Assembly (NCBI RefSeq): GCF_006345805.1 | Contig: NC_043005.1 | Span: 94,674,001-94,738,000, forward strand | Source of the DNA: Octopus sinensis | Taxonomy: Eukaryota | Length of the DNA: 64,000 bases | Direction of reading: 5' to 3' | Shown: positions 1-15,624 of the stretch, one piece after another | How positions within the stretch are numbered: position 1 is the first letter of the stretch | Layout of the letters: every line of letters starts with the position of its first letter | Translations under genes and position numbers: made by a program | The notes under the pieces: model-generated | The model's input: only the letters and a program-made list of their open reading frames with translations | Told to the model about the DNA's origin: nothing | Databases searched by the model: none

Positions 1-2494
1 GGAAGCGATGGCAGAATGCTCGAGGGACAAATCACCGGGTTTGGATGGTCTACCCTACGAGCTTTACAATTGTATGCCAGACTTGTTTGGAGATCTCTTG
101 GCGGCGGTGTACTGCAACTGGCAGCAAAACGGGAGCATTCCTGGTTTTGTGAGCCGAGGAGCCGTAACACTGCTGAAGAAAGATCTAAACAGGGAAATGT
201 AATAGATAACTTTAGGCCCATCACTCTGCTTAATGCAGACTTGAAAATTTTGGCCAAGGTGTTAGCCAAGAGGTTGGCGCTTGTCATCGAGAAACTGGTC
301 GACAAGGCGCAAACATGCGCCGTGCCAGGCCGGACCATCCATGACAACCTCCATCTGATGCGCTACATCATAGACAGGGTAGTTAACGAACCTGGCATGG
401 TGGGGCCCTGATCAACTTGGATCAATCGAAAGCCTTTGATAGGGTAGACCATCGATACTTGGAGGCAGTCCTGAGAGCGGCTGGTTTCGGTCCCGTCTTC
501 CGCGGCTGGATAGCTGCCTTGTACAGAGGCATCCGTTCGGTAATTCGCGTAAATGGACATCTATCGAGACCTTTCGACATTGCACGTTCGGTCCGTCAGG
601 GATGCCCCCTCTCGGCGCTTCTATACGTATTGACTCTTGAGCCACTACTGCGGAAGCTGGCGACTCTAAGGGGCATCCCGCGAGAATTGGGATGCGGGAC
701 GAGCGTGTCTGCATACGCGGACGACGTCACCGTCATAGTGTCAAGCCACGAGCACATCGAGCTGGTCGGTGAGACACTGAAAAACTACGAAGCGGTGACA
801 GGAGCGAAAATCAACCGGGAAAAGTCAGTGGGCTTGCGACTAGGCACCTGGAGAAGCAAGCCCATGCCGTCCACCAGCGCCTCCGTCGTGGGACGCTGGA
901 CCGACGGCCCGGTTGAGTTGCTCGGGGTCTGGTTTGGTCCGGACCTCCAAGTGGAGAAGAACTGGAACGAGATAACGAGTAGGGTGGTCACTCTCGCCCG
1001 GCAATGGGCCGAGAGGAAACTGTCCCTAAAAGGTCGAGCGGAGGTGGCGAACACGTACATCGCGTCCGTCATCTACTACCGCCTGACCGTCGTACCTTGT
1101 CCCGACCCTACCATCACCAAACTACAACGCATCCTCTTTCGCTTCTTGTGGAAAGGATGCGTCCCGATGGTCAGGCGATCCATTTGCTGTCAACACCCGT
1201 TAAAAGGAGGGCTGGGCATGCCGTGGTTGATGATGCGCAGACACGCGCTGAGACTGCGACATCTCTGGCTCTATGTAGACGACGGTGAACAGGTGTGGTC
1301 GCCGTTTGTGAGGCACGCTTTCCCGCAGCTCGTCTCCATGACCGAACTGCAGTCGTGGATCAAAAAGAGGCCGAGAAGGGCGAATGGCACCGCGAGTGTC
1401 GCGTTGCTCTCAAGCAACTCTGCCGTCCTGGGTCGACCTTAAGTGACTTCAACACAACCAAGCATTCTATAGGGGTTTAGTGGAGGGGAGGTACGACGAC
1501 GAGCTCGGGGCGAACCTGGACGTCGACGAGGAGTACCTGACCCGCCTGTTCGGGACGACTTTCGGGCCAGGGCCCATGGACAACTTCCAGAGATCCCTGG
1601 CCTGGCAGTGCTACCGAGAGAGCGCTACCCGTTCGGGATAAGCTCTACAGACACGGCTCGAGAAACACGGGGCCGACCTGCCCGAGATGCGGTCAGAGCG
1701 ACGAAACCGTTCTGCACGCACTCGTTCAGTGTCCAACAATTTCCGACCTGTGGGCTTATGTCGAACAACTGCTGTCACGTGTGGGACGAGTCGGTTTATC
1801 AGCTGAGTCTATCGTCAATATTGTCACGCCTCCTTCCTTCAACGGGAAGGAAGAGCTATTTTCATCATCCTTGTGGCTATGGCGAAAGAATGTATCTGGT
1901 GGACGCGTCTGAAAGGATTGGAGACAAACACTTTCCTCTCTGGTCAATCTCTCATCAACTTCTTCAAGTACCACTTGAAAAGGAAAGTGAGAGTAGAGAG
2001 GCAAGTTTTGTCTAGCGAATGTTTTAAAAAAAGATGGGTGAATGTAGCAAGAATGGCACGTATGAATGACGAAGCCACCTTGAGCATAGTCTATGAACCC
2101 AAAATCGAAAACAGAGAGTTGCTTATTTGCAAAAAAAAAAAAAAAAAAAGAAATATAAAATGTGACTTCATTGACCGAGGTTACCGTGGTCTTTTCCGTA
2201 GGCTTTTCTTTCCACGGGTAAACCTCACCTGTCCTCCCCTTTACACTTCATATTGACATTTCTGTGATAACGATCCCTATTGATCAATTTTTTTTCCTCT
2301 TCCCCCCCTTTTTTTTTTTTTTTTTTACCCCCCCCTTTTTTTGTCCTCTTTCTCTCCTTTTACGATCCCTTTTGATCGAAACTCCCCTTTCCCTTTTTTT
2401 TTTTTTTTTTTTTTTTTTTAAACCTTCAAAAGAAAAGCTCTACCTTGTAATTTGTTCTATCTGTGTGCAGCCCTGTGTGGCTAATAAAGAAACA
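1..2494 (+). mobile_element. Tx1/L1-clade non-LTR retrotransposon, copy A (3' part; 5' end lies outside the window)
   Basis: RT motifs KSPGLDGLPYELY, FRPITLLNADLK, DQSKAFDRVDH, VRQGCPLS, AYADDVT; C-terminal CPRC-x8-H-x4-C region; T-rich 3' UTR ending AATAAAGAAACA, then TATCTATCTATATC. Confidence 0.93.
8..2096 (+). pseudogene. ORF2 (reverse transcriptase + C-terminal zinc finger) of Tx1 copy A, frameshifted
   Basis: ORF-track pieces 8-202, 16-411, 417-1442 and 1873-2256 join into one RT protein colinear with copies B and C; breaks are mostly 1-bp losses in short runs. Confidence 0.9.
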
Positions 2495-2541
2495 TATCTA
2501 TCTATATCACAATGGACGGACGCTAGTCATATCGGCTCCAC

Positions 2542-2706
2542 GTAAGTTGGCCACTTTTACATGTTTAAAACTCCTTGTCAAATATTTTGTTTTAATCGTT
2601 GTGCAAGTTCATTCACTAAAAAACCTCAGAATTATTCACGTAGAATTCCGCCCCTGTATGGGCGAAATTACCAGAAACTTTCAAAACTTTAGTTGGTTCT
2701 TTTTAG
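2542..2706 (+). other. Putative spliceosomal intron in the 5' UTR of Tx1 copy B
   Basis: AC|GTAAGT donor at 2542; GGTTCTTTTTAG acceptor ending 2706; ORF1 ATG (AAAATGG) at 2725; equivalent segment in copy C is 166 nt. Confidence 0.5.
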
Positions 2707-2724
2707 CCATTTTTCATTTTGAAA

Positions 2725-4376
2725 ATGGCAACTAGAAACCACGTGGCTAGCCCGCCAGTCATGCAGAACGGTAGCGAAACACTATTGCTACCACTAGCTG
2801 CTAAACCTCGCAGCTTGAACACCGCTGTCACCAACACCACCACCAACAACAACAACAGCAAAACTAACGTCGCGACCGAAGACATTAACTTAGATTTCCC
2901 CCCACTCCCTACACCACTTGACGATGATAAAAGGACGGAGAAAGGGATTTCAAAAACGAATACAGACGAAAACATGAATGCCAGCACCACCACCATCACC
3001 ACCACCAACAACAACAACGAAATGGGCACAAAGCCGCCTACCAAAGACAACACCGCCAACACCAACACCACTACTACGACTTCAACTGCTACAACTAACC
3101 TTTCTGCTGCTAACACCGCCAACACCAACACCACTACCACGACTTCAACTGCTATAACTAACCCTTCTGCTGCTAAAACGAATTTTGCGGATGTGACAAA
3201 ACAAAAACGAACAATTGTAAAATTCACCACACAGGAAATAAACCGCACAAAAGCACTCTTCACCAAAGAAGGAGACAAATTGCACCTTCACATTCCACAA
3301 CACATCGTGGAAAACACACACAAAAAAAGCAATAATTTATAAAGTAATAAATAAGAAAACAAGACGAACAGAAAATGCACCGCAGGAAAAAATTGAAAAA
3401 TGTCTTCGTCCTGCATGGGACTCCAAGGAATATATCAGTTGGGGAAATAAATTTGGTACAGTCCAAGTACGTTTCCTCAACGAAAATTTAGCAAAACATT
3501 TTTCCACATTGGAGCTGCATTCGGACGACTTGGTAATGATACTAGTCTATTTAAACAAGAGAGTCACGAAAGTCCAAATAAAAAATGTACCACTTGAAGT
3601 CGAAACACAATGGTTAGTCTCTGCCATCTGCTTTGAAATGACAGAGACAATGTCAGAGACAAACATCCTTGAAATCGCTGTTCTAGGAGAGAAAGACTAT
3701 GTGGGAAAATCAATCGAATTCCTTCTTCATTTGGATGAAGCAGCAAGAGAGAAGATACCCACCACTATAGAACTGCCAGGAGGCTACAAACTTTATGTAG
3801 TGGTAGAGGGCAGGCGACCACGCTGCTATTTGTGTGGAAGCGAAACACACTTGAAAAAGACGTGCCCAACCACTGCACACCAAGAGCAACAACAACCACT
3901 ACCACAACCAAAGCACTCCGAAAAAAAAGCTCTACTACCCACACCACCATCAACACAGAAGACGACAAGAGAAGCACACCAAGCTAATCCGTCATCAACC
4001 AAAAACCACTCAACACCTGGAAAAATACCAACAACAGCAAGAACCAAAGGAACAGAAAAACAAATAAAACACACAAAAACTGACCCCCCCTCCCTTATAC
4101 CGCACTCAACACACACAAACACTCAACAACCAACAACAACGAAAACAACAACACAACCACTTACACAGACATACATAGAAGCCTACAACATACCCCTACC
4201 CCCTACTGATTCCTCAGAAATTTCGTCGGAAGACGAAACCAGTGAGGAATGGAAAATAGCTACAAAAAGAAGGAAAATAAAGAGCAAAAACACAACCAAA
4301 CCAAATGCAAACACGAACAAAGCAGAGGGAAATACATCTCCCGAAGACATTTCAAAACCCAACACAAACAACAGCC
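2725..4376 (+). pseudogene. ORF1 (gag-like nucleic-acid-binding protein) of copy B, frameshifted and 3'-truncated
   Basis: Thr/Asn-rich N-terminus; NFAD..QK..IV.FT..E...T.ALFT block shared with copy C; zinc knuckle CYLCGSETHLKKTC (C-x2-C-x4-H-x4-C); EEWKIATKRRK motif matching TEWQIATGGKRKR in C. Confidence 0.85.
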
Positions 4377-6172
4377 ACACTGAAAAGCTACGAAGCGGTG
4401 ACAGGAGCGAAAATCAACCGGGAAAAGTCAGTGGGCTTGCGACTAGGCACCTGGAGAAGCAAGCCCATGCCGTCCACCAGCGCCTCCGTCGTGGGACGCT
4501 GGACCGACGGCCCGGTTGAGTTGCTCGGGGTCTGGTTTGGTCCGGACCTCCAAGTGGAGAAGAACTGGAACAAGAGAACGAGTAGGGTGGTCACTCTCGC
4601 CCGGCAATGGGCCGAGAGGAAACTGTCCCTAAAAGGTCGGGCGGAGGTGGTGAACACGTACATCGCGTCCGTCATCTACTACCGCCTGACCGTCGTACCT
4701 TGTCCCGACCCTGGTCGACAAGGCACAAACATGCGCCGTGCCAGGCCGGACCATCCATGACAACCTCCACCTGATGCGCTACATCATAGACAGGGTAGTT
4801 AACGAACCTGGCATGGGTGGGGCGCTGATCAATTTGGATCAATCGAAAGCTTTCGATAGGGTAGACCATCGATACTTGGAGGCGGTCCTCAGAGCGGCTG
4901 GCTTCGGTCCCGTCTTCCGCGGCTGGATAGCCGCTTTGTACAGAGGCATCCGTTCGGTAATTCGCGTGAATGGACATCTATCGAGACCCTTCGACATCGC
5001 ACGTTCGGTCCGTCAGGGATGCCCCCTCTCGTCGCTTCTATACGTATTGCCTCTCAAGCCATTATTGCGGAAGCTGGCAACTTTGAGGGGCATCCCGCGA
5101 GAACTGGGATGCGGGACGAGCGTGTCTGCATACGCGGACGACGTCACCGTCATAGTGTCTAGCCACGAGCACATCGAGCAGTTCCATCACCAAACTACAA
5201 CGCATTCTCTTTCGCTTCTTGTGGAAAGGATGCGTCCCGATGGTCAGGCGATCCATTTGCTGTCAACACCCGTTAAAAGGAGGGCTGGGCATGCCGTGGT
5301 TGATGATGCGCAGACACGCGCTGAGACTGCGACATCTCTGGCTCTATGTAGACGACGGTGAACAGGTGTGGTCGCCGTTTGTGAGGCACGCTTTCCCGCA
5401 GCTCGTCTCCATGACCGAACTGCAGTCGTGGATCAAAAAGAGGCCGAGGAAGGGCGAATGGCACCGCGAGTGTCGCGTTGCTCTCAAGCAACTCTGCCGT
5501 CCTGGGTCGACCTTGAGTGACTTCAACACAACCAAAGCATTCTATAGGGGATTAGTGGAGGGGAGGTACGACGACGAGCTCGGGGCGAACCTGGACGTCG
5601 ACGAGGAGTACCTAACCCGCCTGTTCAGGACGACTTTCTGGCCAGGGCCCATGGACAACTTCCAGAGATCCCTGGCCTGGCAGTGTTACCGAGAAGCGCT
5701 ACCCGTTCGGGATAAGCTCTACAGACACGGCTCGAGAAACACGGGGCCGACCTGCCCGAGATGCGGTCAGAGCGACGAAAACGTTCTGCACGCACTCGTG
5801 CAGTGTCCAACAATTTCCGACCTGTGGGCTTGTGTCGAACAACTGCTGTCACGTGTGGGGCGAGTTGGTTTATCAGCTGAGTCTATCGTCAATATTGTCA
5901 CGCCTCCTTCCTTCAAACGGGAAGGAAAAGCTATTTTCATCATCCTTGTGGCTATGGCGAAAGAATGTATCTGGTGGACGCGTCTGAAAGGATTGGAGAC
6001 AAACACTTTCCTCTCTGGTCAATCTCTCATCAACTTCTTCAAGTACCACTTGAAAAGGAAAGTGAAAGTAGAGAGGCAAGTTTTGTCTAGCGAATGTTTA
6101 AAAAAAAGATGGGTGAATGTAGCAAGGATGGCACGTATGAATGACGAAGCCACCTTGAGCATAATCCTATGA
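4377..6172 (+). pseudogene. Rearranged ORF2 remnant of copy B (no endonuclease; two RT segments swapped; C-terminus intact)
   Basis: 4377-4712 matches 774-1109, 4711-5179 matches 295-762, 5184 onward matches 1111 onward; clean 317-aa frame 5219-6172 with CPRCGQSDENVLHALVQC. Confidence 0.9.
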
Positions 6173-6576
6173 ACCCAGAAATTGAAAACAGAGGGTTACC
6201 CACTTGCAAACAAATGTGGTAACATATAACAATATTGACCAAGGTCACCGTGGTCTTTTTCGTAGGCTTTTCTTCCCACGGATAAACCTTACTTGCTTTC
6301 CCCTTTACACCATATATCATAACACTGTGATACACGATCCCTATTGATCGTTCTTTTTTTTTTCCTCTTCCCCTTTTTTCTTCTTTTTTCATTTCTCTTT
6401 TCTTTTGTTCCTTTTCCTTTTCTTTTTTTTCTTTTTATTCTTTTTATTTTTTATTTTATTTATTTATTATTTATTTTTTTTCTTTTGTTTTTTGTTTTTT
6501 TCATCCCCCAAAAGAAAAGCTCTACCTTGTAACTTGTCCCATCTGTGTGCAGCCCTGTCTGGCCAATAAAGAAACT

Positions 6577-6641
<65 letters not shown>

Positions 6642-6646
6642 GTCTA

Positions 6647-6681
<35 letters not shown>

Positions 6682-6712
6682 GTATGTCTGTCTGTCTACC
6701 TATCTATCTATA
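6577..6712. repeat. (TATC)n grading into (TCTG)n, directly after copy B
   Basis: Direct reading. Confidence 0.97.
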
Positions 6713-6759
6713 TGTATGAGTATAAAAACATATGCAAAGATGCACGTACATAAGTGTGT

Positions 6760-9060
<2,301 letters not shown>

Positions 9061-10092
9061 TACATTATTTTCATTATTAATATGTATATGGAAGCAATCT
9101 ATGTTTCCAGTAAATTGCCATTTTCGCCTTTTATCCCAAAGCAGCACTTTTACCTAGCAACAACATCGTTCCACAATTCCATGATGTAGGACTGCTTCGT
9201 ATATTTTCATTCTCCCATATTTTTGTTGAATAAACACAGGACATTGTTGTTACACGTGATTATGGTTTCAAAAGACGTCTAATTAAAGACTTCTGTCTAA
9301 ATACTGAAGATATGTAAATAATGTAAGCAGGAAATTGGTCAATATGAAGATATCTAAAATAGGAAAATATGTAAAACGACACATATGTAAATGAGGCATA
9401 TTTAGATGAAGTTTAATCCTCTGTCTCTGTGTGTCTCCCTTTCCTTTTCATCCTCCTCCTTCTCTCTGCTGTTAAATATAGCTACTTTAAGAGTGAGAAC
9501 CAATATGTGATTTAATTTTTTATATATTCTAAAGACTCTGGTACATAGCAAGACAATCCATAAATTTCTTGTTGAGTCCCAGACACTATGGAATGAAGAT
9601 CTAAAAAATAGGATCCTGAAAACATACAATTATCGTAATTATTCTGGGAAAAGGGATATAGGTTTCGTCGTTGTTGCTCAGCTCCAGCTCAGCTCTGATC
9701 GAGTAAAACATTGGTCAAAGGCATTCCATCCGTGACCTTCCTGAATTCTTTTTATGATGGTTGGTATATTTCGGCGTATATCATTGAAATGATTTTTCCA
9801 TATTCAAAACTGTATAGATTGTTGTGAAGGAGGCGTCACTGCTAGTTAATGCAGGCTCAATGGCCACAGAGGCTCCTATTTCATTGTTATTGTTTAGGTC
9901 CATGTCAGCTCTGAGCAAGAAAATATTTGATCAGAGAGTTTCCAGTCAGGGTCAGCCGTCTTTATATCCTTATATTGGACAGCACTGTCCAATATGCCTT
10001 TTGTTTAAAACGGCTGGCTGTGATTTAAGGAAAATTTCTATTGCACAGGTAATACTTTTGGGCCAAGCGTTATTATCACAACGCTTTATAAC

Positions 10093-10256
10093 GGTGAGCT
10101 GCGAAAATCGTTAGCTCGGCGGACAATATGCTTAGCAGCATTTCGGTCGTATTTACGTTCTGAGTCCAAATTCCGTCGAAGTCGACTTTGCTTTTCATCC
10201 TTTCAGGATCTATAAAATAAATTCCAGTTGAGCATTGCGCTGGATGTAATCGACTA
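10093..10256 (+). mobile_element. tRNA-derived SINE, family B, degraded
   Basis: Head GGTGAGCTG..TTAGC, B-box-like GAGTCCAAATTCC, body GTCGACTTTGCTTTTCATCC as in 62285-62514. Confidence 0.75.
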
Positions 10257-10902
10257 TCTTCCTCCTCCTCCTCCAAATTCCAAGCCTTCTGCCTGTAATA
10301 AAAAGGATTAATATCACAGCACTCATTTCTTCCACTCCCGTTGATGATGATTCTATCTATCGCAACAGTATCAATGTGCATGGCTTTGTGTTGCGAATAT
10401 TGAACTCGCAATCATAAAGTCGTGATTTCGATATCCAGACCTAGTGTCTCGTTATGTTGTTGATGTGTTATTGACCAAAAATGAAGTGTTGTTGAACGAA
10501 ACACTCCATTTCAAGTTATACCAGTCCAACTCAATTGAAAATCAGTTTTAACAAACCCCAGGGTGGAAGCAGGGTTAACCCAACGACGGACTGGCGTCTC
10601 GATTGTGAAGGAGTAATGTACTCCCCATTGCTTATTCACCATAGAAACTGGAGTAAACTCCGATCTAGTGATTCTGTAGACCTAAAACCACAACAATGTG
10701 AGATTCTTCTAATAGCAGAAACAGTTGTAAGTTAATAATGGTGATTATATAGCTCTAGTTCTTTGTTATTCATTGAATGATACTACGCTCTCTACTCTCC
10801 TGATGCTTTCCTCTTAACCATAAGTATACTGAGTTCTAACAACTGGCTATTAGTATCACCACGTCTAAATAAATTCATTACACACACACACATACACACA
10901 CA

Positions 10903-10969
<67 letters not shown>

Positions 10970-11543
10970 AATGTTTAACTCAATGTCTCGTACTTGAGGT
11001 GAGATTTGAAAAATGACAACGAAAAAAGATTGAAAGAAATTATGTAATTTACATATTTCTAAACACCGGAACACTTATCATCGACATTGTTATTAGATGG
11101 TGTTGTTGCTTAGCAAAAGATCATCTCTGACAAACCGATCTATGATCAAAAGTAATCTAGTCATAGCGATTCTAACTTTTCTATAAACTATTTCGTGTTT
11201 CGGACTTCAGTACCCGTTGATTTTTGCTTATTTACTTTTCAGGACGATATAGTGTGAATTTAAAGGAGATTCAGCTGCTATTTTAAACATTTTGATCCAA
11301 CTTTTTAACTCACTTCTGTTGTTATTGTCGCTGCTGCCCATGCTGAGTTCTGATTGAGAATATCTATGAGCAAAGCTGTTTAAGCTGTAACGAGCCCCAT
11401 TTCCTTTTGGAGAGTATATACATATAATTTAGGCGGCAAACTTAATCTGCTACAATCTTTGGTCCGCGGGTGCCTTTCTTTTTACCGTTCAACCAGAAGC
11501 GAAAGGCAGCACATCTGGACCATTCTTTCTTTCTTTCTTTCGT

Positions 11544-11583
<40 letters not shown>

Positions 11584-11584
11584 T

Positions 11585-11615
<31 letters not shown>

Positions 11616-11778
11616 CCCTTTCTCCCTTCCTTCCTTTCTTTCTTTTTATTAGTACTGCTAACACTGAGGGAAACCATAGAGGAAGTTGTCATTCTCAAAC
11701 AGGAAACTGGCCCCCGAATGATTGCCATAGAGTGACGTCCACTAAAATCACCTAAAACCTTGTGTTAGTGTTAAGCCG

Positions 11779-11859
<81 letters not shown>

Positions 11860-12141
11860 TGTGTGTGTGTGTGGTCGAACTAAGGCGCAATATATACATG
11901 AGAATAAAATAAGGTTTTGAAGTTCCTTATGTCCTCAAGGGTATTCAAGATCCAGGAAGAGTAAGTTGGTTTCGATCTTGAAGGAAGATGCGCCACTCGG
12001 TCCGGTCTCAGCTGCTGCTTGGGTTTGGCCGTTTCTATCGTTGTTGTTTTTGTCATCGATGTGGTCGTTGTCGTTTTGTTTTAGCTGATATCATGGCCAT
12101 GACGATAATCAATACCACCACCACCACCACCACACCACAAC

Positions 12142-12177
<36 letters not shown>

Positions 12178-12870
12178 ATCATCATCATCATCATCATCAT
12201 CATCATCTCCACTCTATATCAATCGCTGCCATTATACGGGGAATTATCTAATTATCGTCAATAAAATGACTTAGTAAGACCAATAATATAGGATTCTACT
12301 TCACCAAAGAAGGTATTTAGTCATTCGAAGGAATACTTTAAGTAGGAAGTTGAGAAAAATGGTAATCTCCATTTTTGGTCTATTATATCGATCTGGCAGG
12401 ATAAAACGAAGAACAACTTACGAGATCAACAACAACAACGACACGTCATGATGCAACTTGAAGATGGTACTGAATAGAAGTGTTGCAGAGAGCAAAGTAA
12501 TGAGCATAACTAGTTAGAACGAAAACTGATATAAACAAAAAAGGAATTGAAGCAGCGGGGAGATGGCATTCAACAGACTTGATGGATTAAGATATTTGAG
12601 ACAGAAGATGTGGGATCAAAGAGATAAGTAAAATGATGGATTGCAAAGGAAATGAAGTGGCTTTAGTAAAAGTTGGCTCTGTTTGGAGAAGATAAGAAAC
12701 ATTATAAACACAAAGGAACAATAATTGAATGCGTAATCTAAGAGAAAAAATATAAAATGGCGGATTGCAATCTTTAATCTTTTACTTGTTCCAGTCATTA
12801 GGCTGCGGTCGTACTGTGGCGCCGCCTTGTAGGGTTTTAGTCGAATAAATATCCCCTACTACATATGTTT

Positions 12871-13178
12871 ATTCTTTATTCTTTTACTTGTTTCAGTCCT
12901 TTAACTGCGGCCAAGCTGGAGCACCGCATTTTAGTCGAAGAAATCGACCCACAGGACTTATTTTTTGTAAGCCAGGTACTTATTCAATTGGACACTTTTA
13001 CCGTACCGCTAAGTTACCGGGACGTAAACACAGCAACATCGGTTGTCAAGCAATGGAGGGGGGGGGGACAAACACAGACACAACGATATACACACGTACA
13101 GACACACACACACACGACGGGCTTCTTTCGGTTTCAGTCTACCAAATCCACTCGCAAGGCTTTGGTCGGCCCGAGGAT
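12871..13178 (-). mobile_element. tRNA-derived SINE, family A, head missing
   Basis: Reverse complement of the 19000-19340 body and tail; a second tail fragment lies at about 12775-12850. Confidence 0.8.
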
Positions 13179-13329
13179 AAGACCGTTATTTAAAATATCG
13201 ATCATATCAAGTAGCCAGCATGGGAATAAGACCCTTATAGGTAATAATTATCAGTAAAATTATAATTAAAGGTATCTAATAGATACCCCCATGCTAAAGA
13301 TAGCAGTCAAAACTTCACTCGTATGTTGT

Positions 13330-13724
13330 ATATACATATTTTTTTGTAATTATGTACTATCTGTGTATATCCCACTGATGAGGCAGAGTATATTTAGATC
13401 TTGGATTATCCAGTAATTTTTTGCTACTTTATTTGTCTTTTCTCCTGGTGCTTCACGTGGTTTTAGAGTCAAGCTTTGACTGCTGTCTCTAGCATAATTT
13501 TAATAATAATTATTACCCATAAGGTTTTTATTCCTATGCTGGCCACTTGATATGATCAGTATTTTAAATAACGATCTTATCCTTATTTATATAAATTCAT
13601 TATATTCACTGCGGTGGTATTTTGACCGTATAGCACGTGGAGTTTAGATAGGCAATTAAACCGGTCGCGTGCATACATACATATATATGTGTGTATACGT
13701 GCGTATATGTAAGTATTTGTATGT

Positions 13725-13774
<50 letters not shown>

Positions 13775-14240
13775 CGTATTTTTGCCATTTCAATATGGCT
13801 AACCCTAAGGGTGGATGCTACTGTAGTTTTTAGCCCCAGGAGGACACACTCCTCCAGCTGGCCATAGACACACTTTCTGTGTCCTGTCAGTATTTGCAAA
13901 GGGAAGTCATCCTTCCCGTCTTCAACTTATGATACACACGGACTCGAGTTTCGAGGTATTGACCTCTCGTCAACGTGTGACAATCATAGTTGTCGCCGAG
14001 AATTAGATTTCCTTCACAAATACTTATACTTTTTCCAGCGCCCACTGTCGCTGATATTGAAAAAGTGAAATCAAACAATGATAAATATCAAAGTGAGTTA
14101 TATACATATGTAATTATGTACTATCTATGTATATCCCACTGATGAGGCAGAATCTATTTTTATGCAAAGCCAGAAGTCTAGAATTGGGTTTATCCAATAA
14201 GTTTTTGCTAGTTTATTTGTCTATTTGTCTATTCTCCTGG
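13330..14240 (+). repeat. Diverged direct repeats (about 13330-13460 and 14100-14240) carrying CCCACTGATGAGGC; possible Penelope-like pseudo-LTR remnants
   Basis: Both read TATACATA..GTAATTATGTACTATCTRTGTATATCCCACTGATGAGGCAGA..TTATCCA..TTTTTGCTA.TTTATTTGTC..TTCTCCTGG. Confidence 0.5.
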
Positions 14241-15124
14241 CGCTGTATGAATACTTGATATGTTCAAGTTTTGAGTACGATCTCTAGCATAGTGGTATCT
14301 TTTAGATATCCTTGATTATAATTTTATGTATGTTTGTATATATATATATATATACAAGATTAATCAGCCGAAATTACTACGATGATCCGGTTCTTGACTG
14401 AAGACTGAGGGGTTCGAATGTCCTGTCCATGTTTATTGTATCGTCTTCTATGAGTTATACGTTCTTGTCCATGTTGTATTTTGTCTACATACCTTTATAT
14501 ATATATATATATATATATATTCTAAATTCAACTTACGTTGAAAGTCAACTAACAAAGATTGCTTTAGAAGCGTTGAGATATTTCCTTATCTGTATAATAC
14601 ACACGCACACTTACACATACACACACGCACGCACACACGCACACAGACACACACACACACGTACACACACACAGACACATATATATACGTATACATACAT
14701 ATATAAATTTATACGCACGCACGTGTATATGTGTGTATACCGTTTAAAGCCCGTTTACTGTATCTGGTTACCTGATGTCATCAATAGTATTGATATAAAC
14801 GCCACTGGGTTTATTTCAGGAATTCCTTCGTCTCCGTAGCGTTTATAACATATGAAAGAAAAAGTTGCTATGGGTCAGTTTCGATGCCCGATCATGTTCT
14901 TGAAGAAAGGTCAACCAAAATTTAACATTAGAATAATAAATTCACAGACAACCTACAAACATCTGCAAGAAGTTCACAAGCCAATGAGTAAATCGCAAAA
15001 CGGAATTCGACCCGCTAAATATAACAACCAAATCCCCTTCAAATCTCACCTTACCTTTTTGAAAATAAGGGAACGATATTTGATAATTTAGTCCTAAAAA
15101 GCAACGGTGTGGATTTGCTAATTT

Positions 15125-15335
15125 TTTTCTAGCCGCTTGAAGTATTCCAATTTTTCACCAGATTGTTTTAAAAAAATGTAGTTTGTGGCAGTTTTGCCCG
15201 CTGATAGTGAAAATCGCATTCGTTGTTTTTAATTCTGGAAATTAATAATAGGTAATTTACAATTTTTGTCAACAACAAACAGATTATTTGAAAATAATCT
15301 GGGGAAAATTTGAAAAACTTCAAGTGGTTGGAAAA
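15125..15335. repeat. Old MITE-like imperfect inverted repeat
   Basis: 15125-15169 is an approximate reverse complement of 15291-15335. Confidence 0.5.
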
Positions 15336-15555
15336 ATTTAACAACAACTTACGGTGTTTCTGGGAAAATTCAAAAGTAGCTCTCTTCAATCAGGGTCGTC
15401 CTGGAACAAAACAACATCAGCAACAAGAGGTTAATGGGATGAGGTTGGCTTTTCTATTGTGTTTTTTCTTCATATTTTGAAGAAATTTCATATTTGAAGA
15501 AATTGCTAATTCTGTGCTGCTTCCGTTCTTGATTCATACACTCAAAAGTACACGC

Positions 15556-15624
<69 letters not shown>

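Larger units (their letters stand above)
2509..6576 (+). mobile_element. Tx1/L1-clade copy B: 5' UTR + ORF1 + deleted and scrambled ORF2 + 3' UTR
   Basis: ORF1 with CCHC knuckle; RT pieces nearly identical to copy A but in a different order; same 3' end (AATAAAGAAACT), then (TATC)n. Confidence 0.9.

Noticed and set aside
2703-3278. 191-aa minus-strand ORF, and similar antisense ORFs over ORF1/ORF2 (e.g. 40673-41122, 43387-43743)
   Set aside because: Antisense shadows of low-complexity or GC-rich retrotransposon coding sequence; no independent motifs
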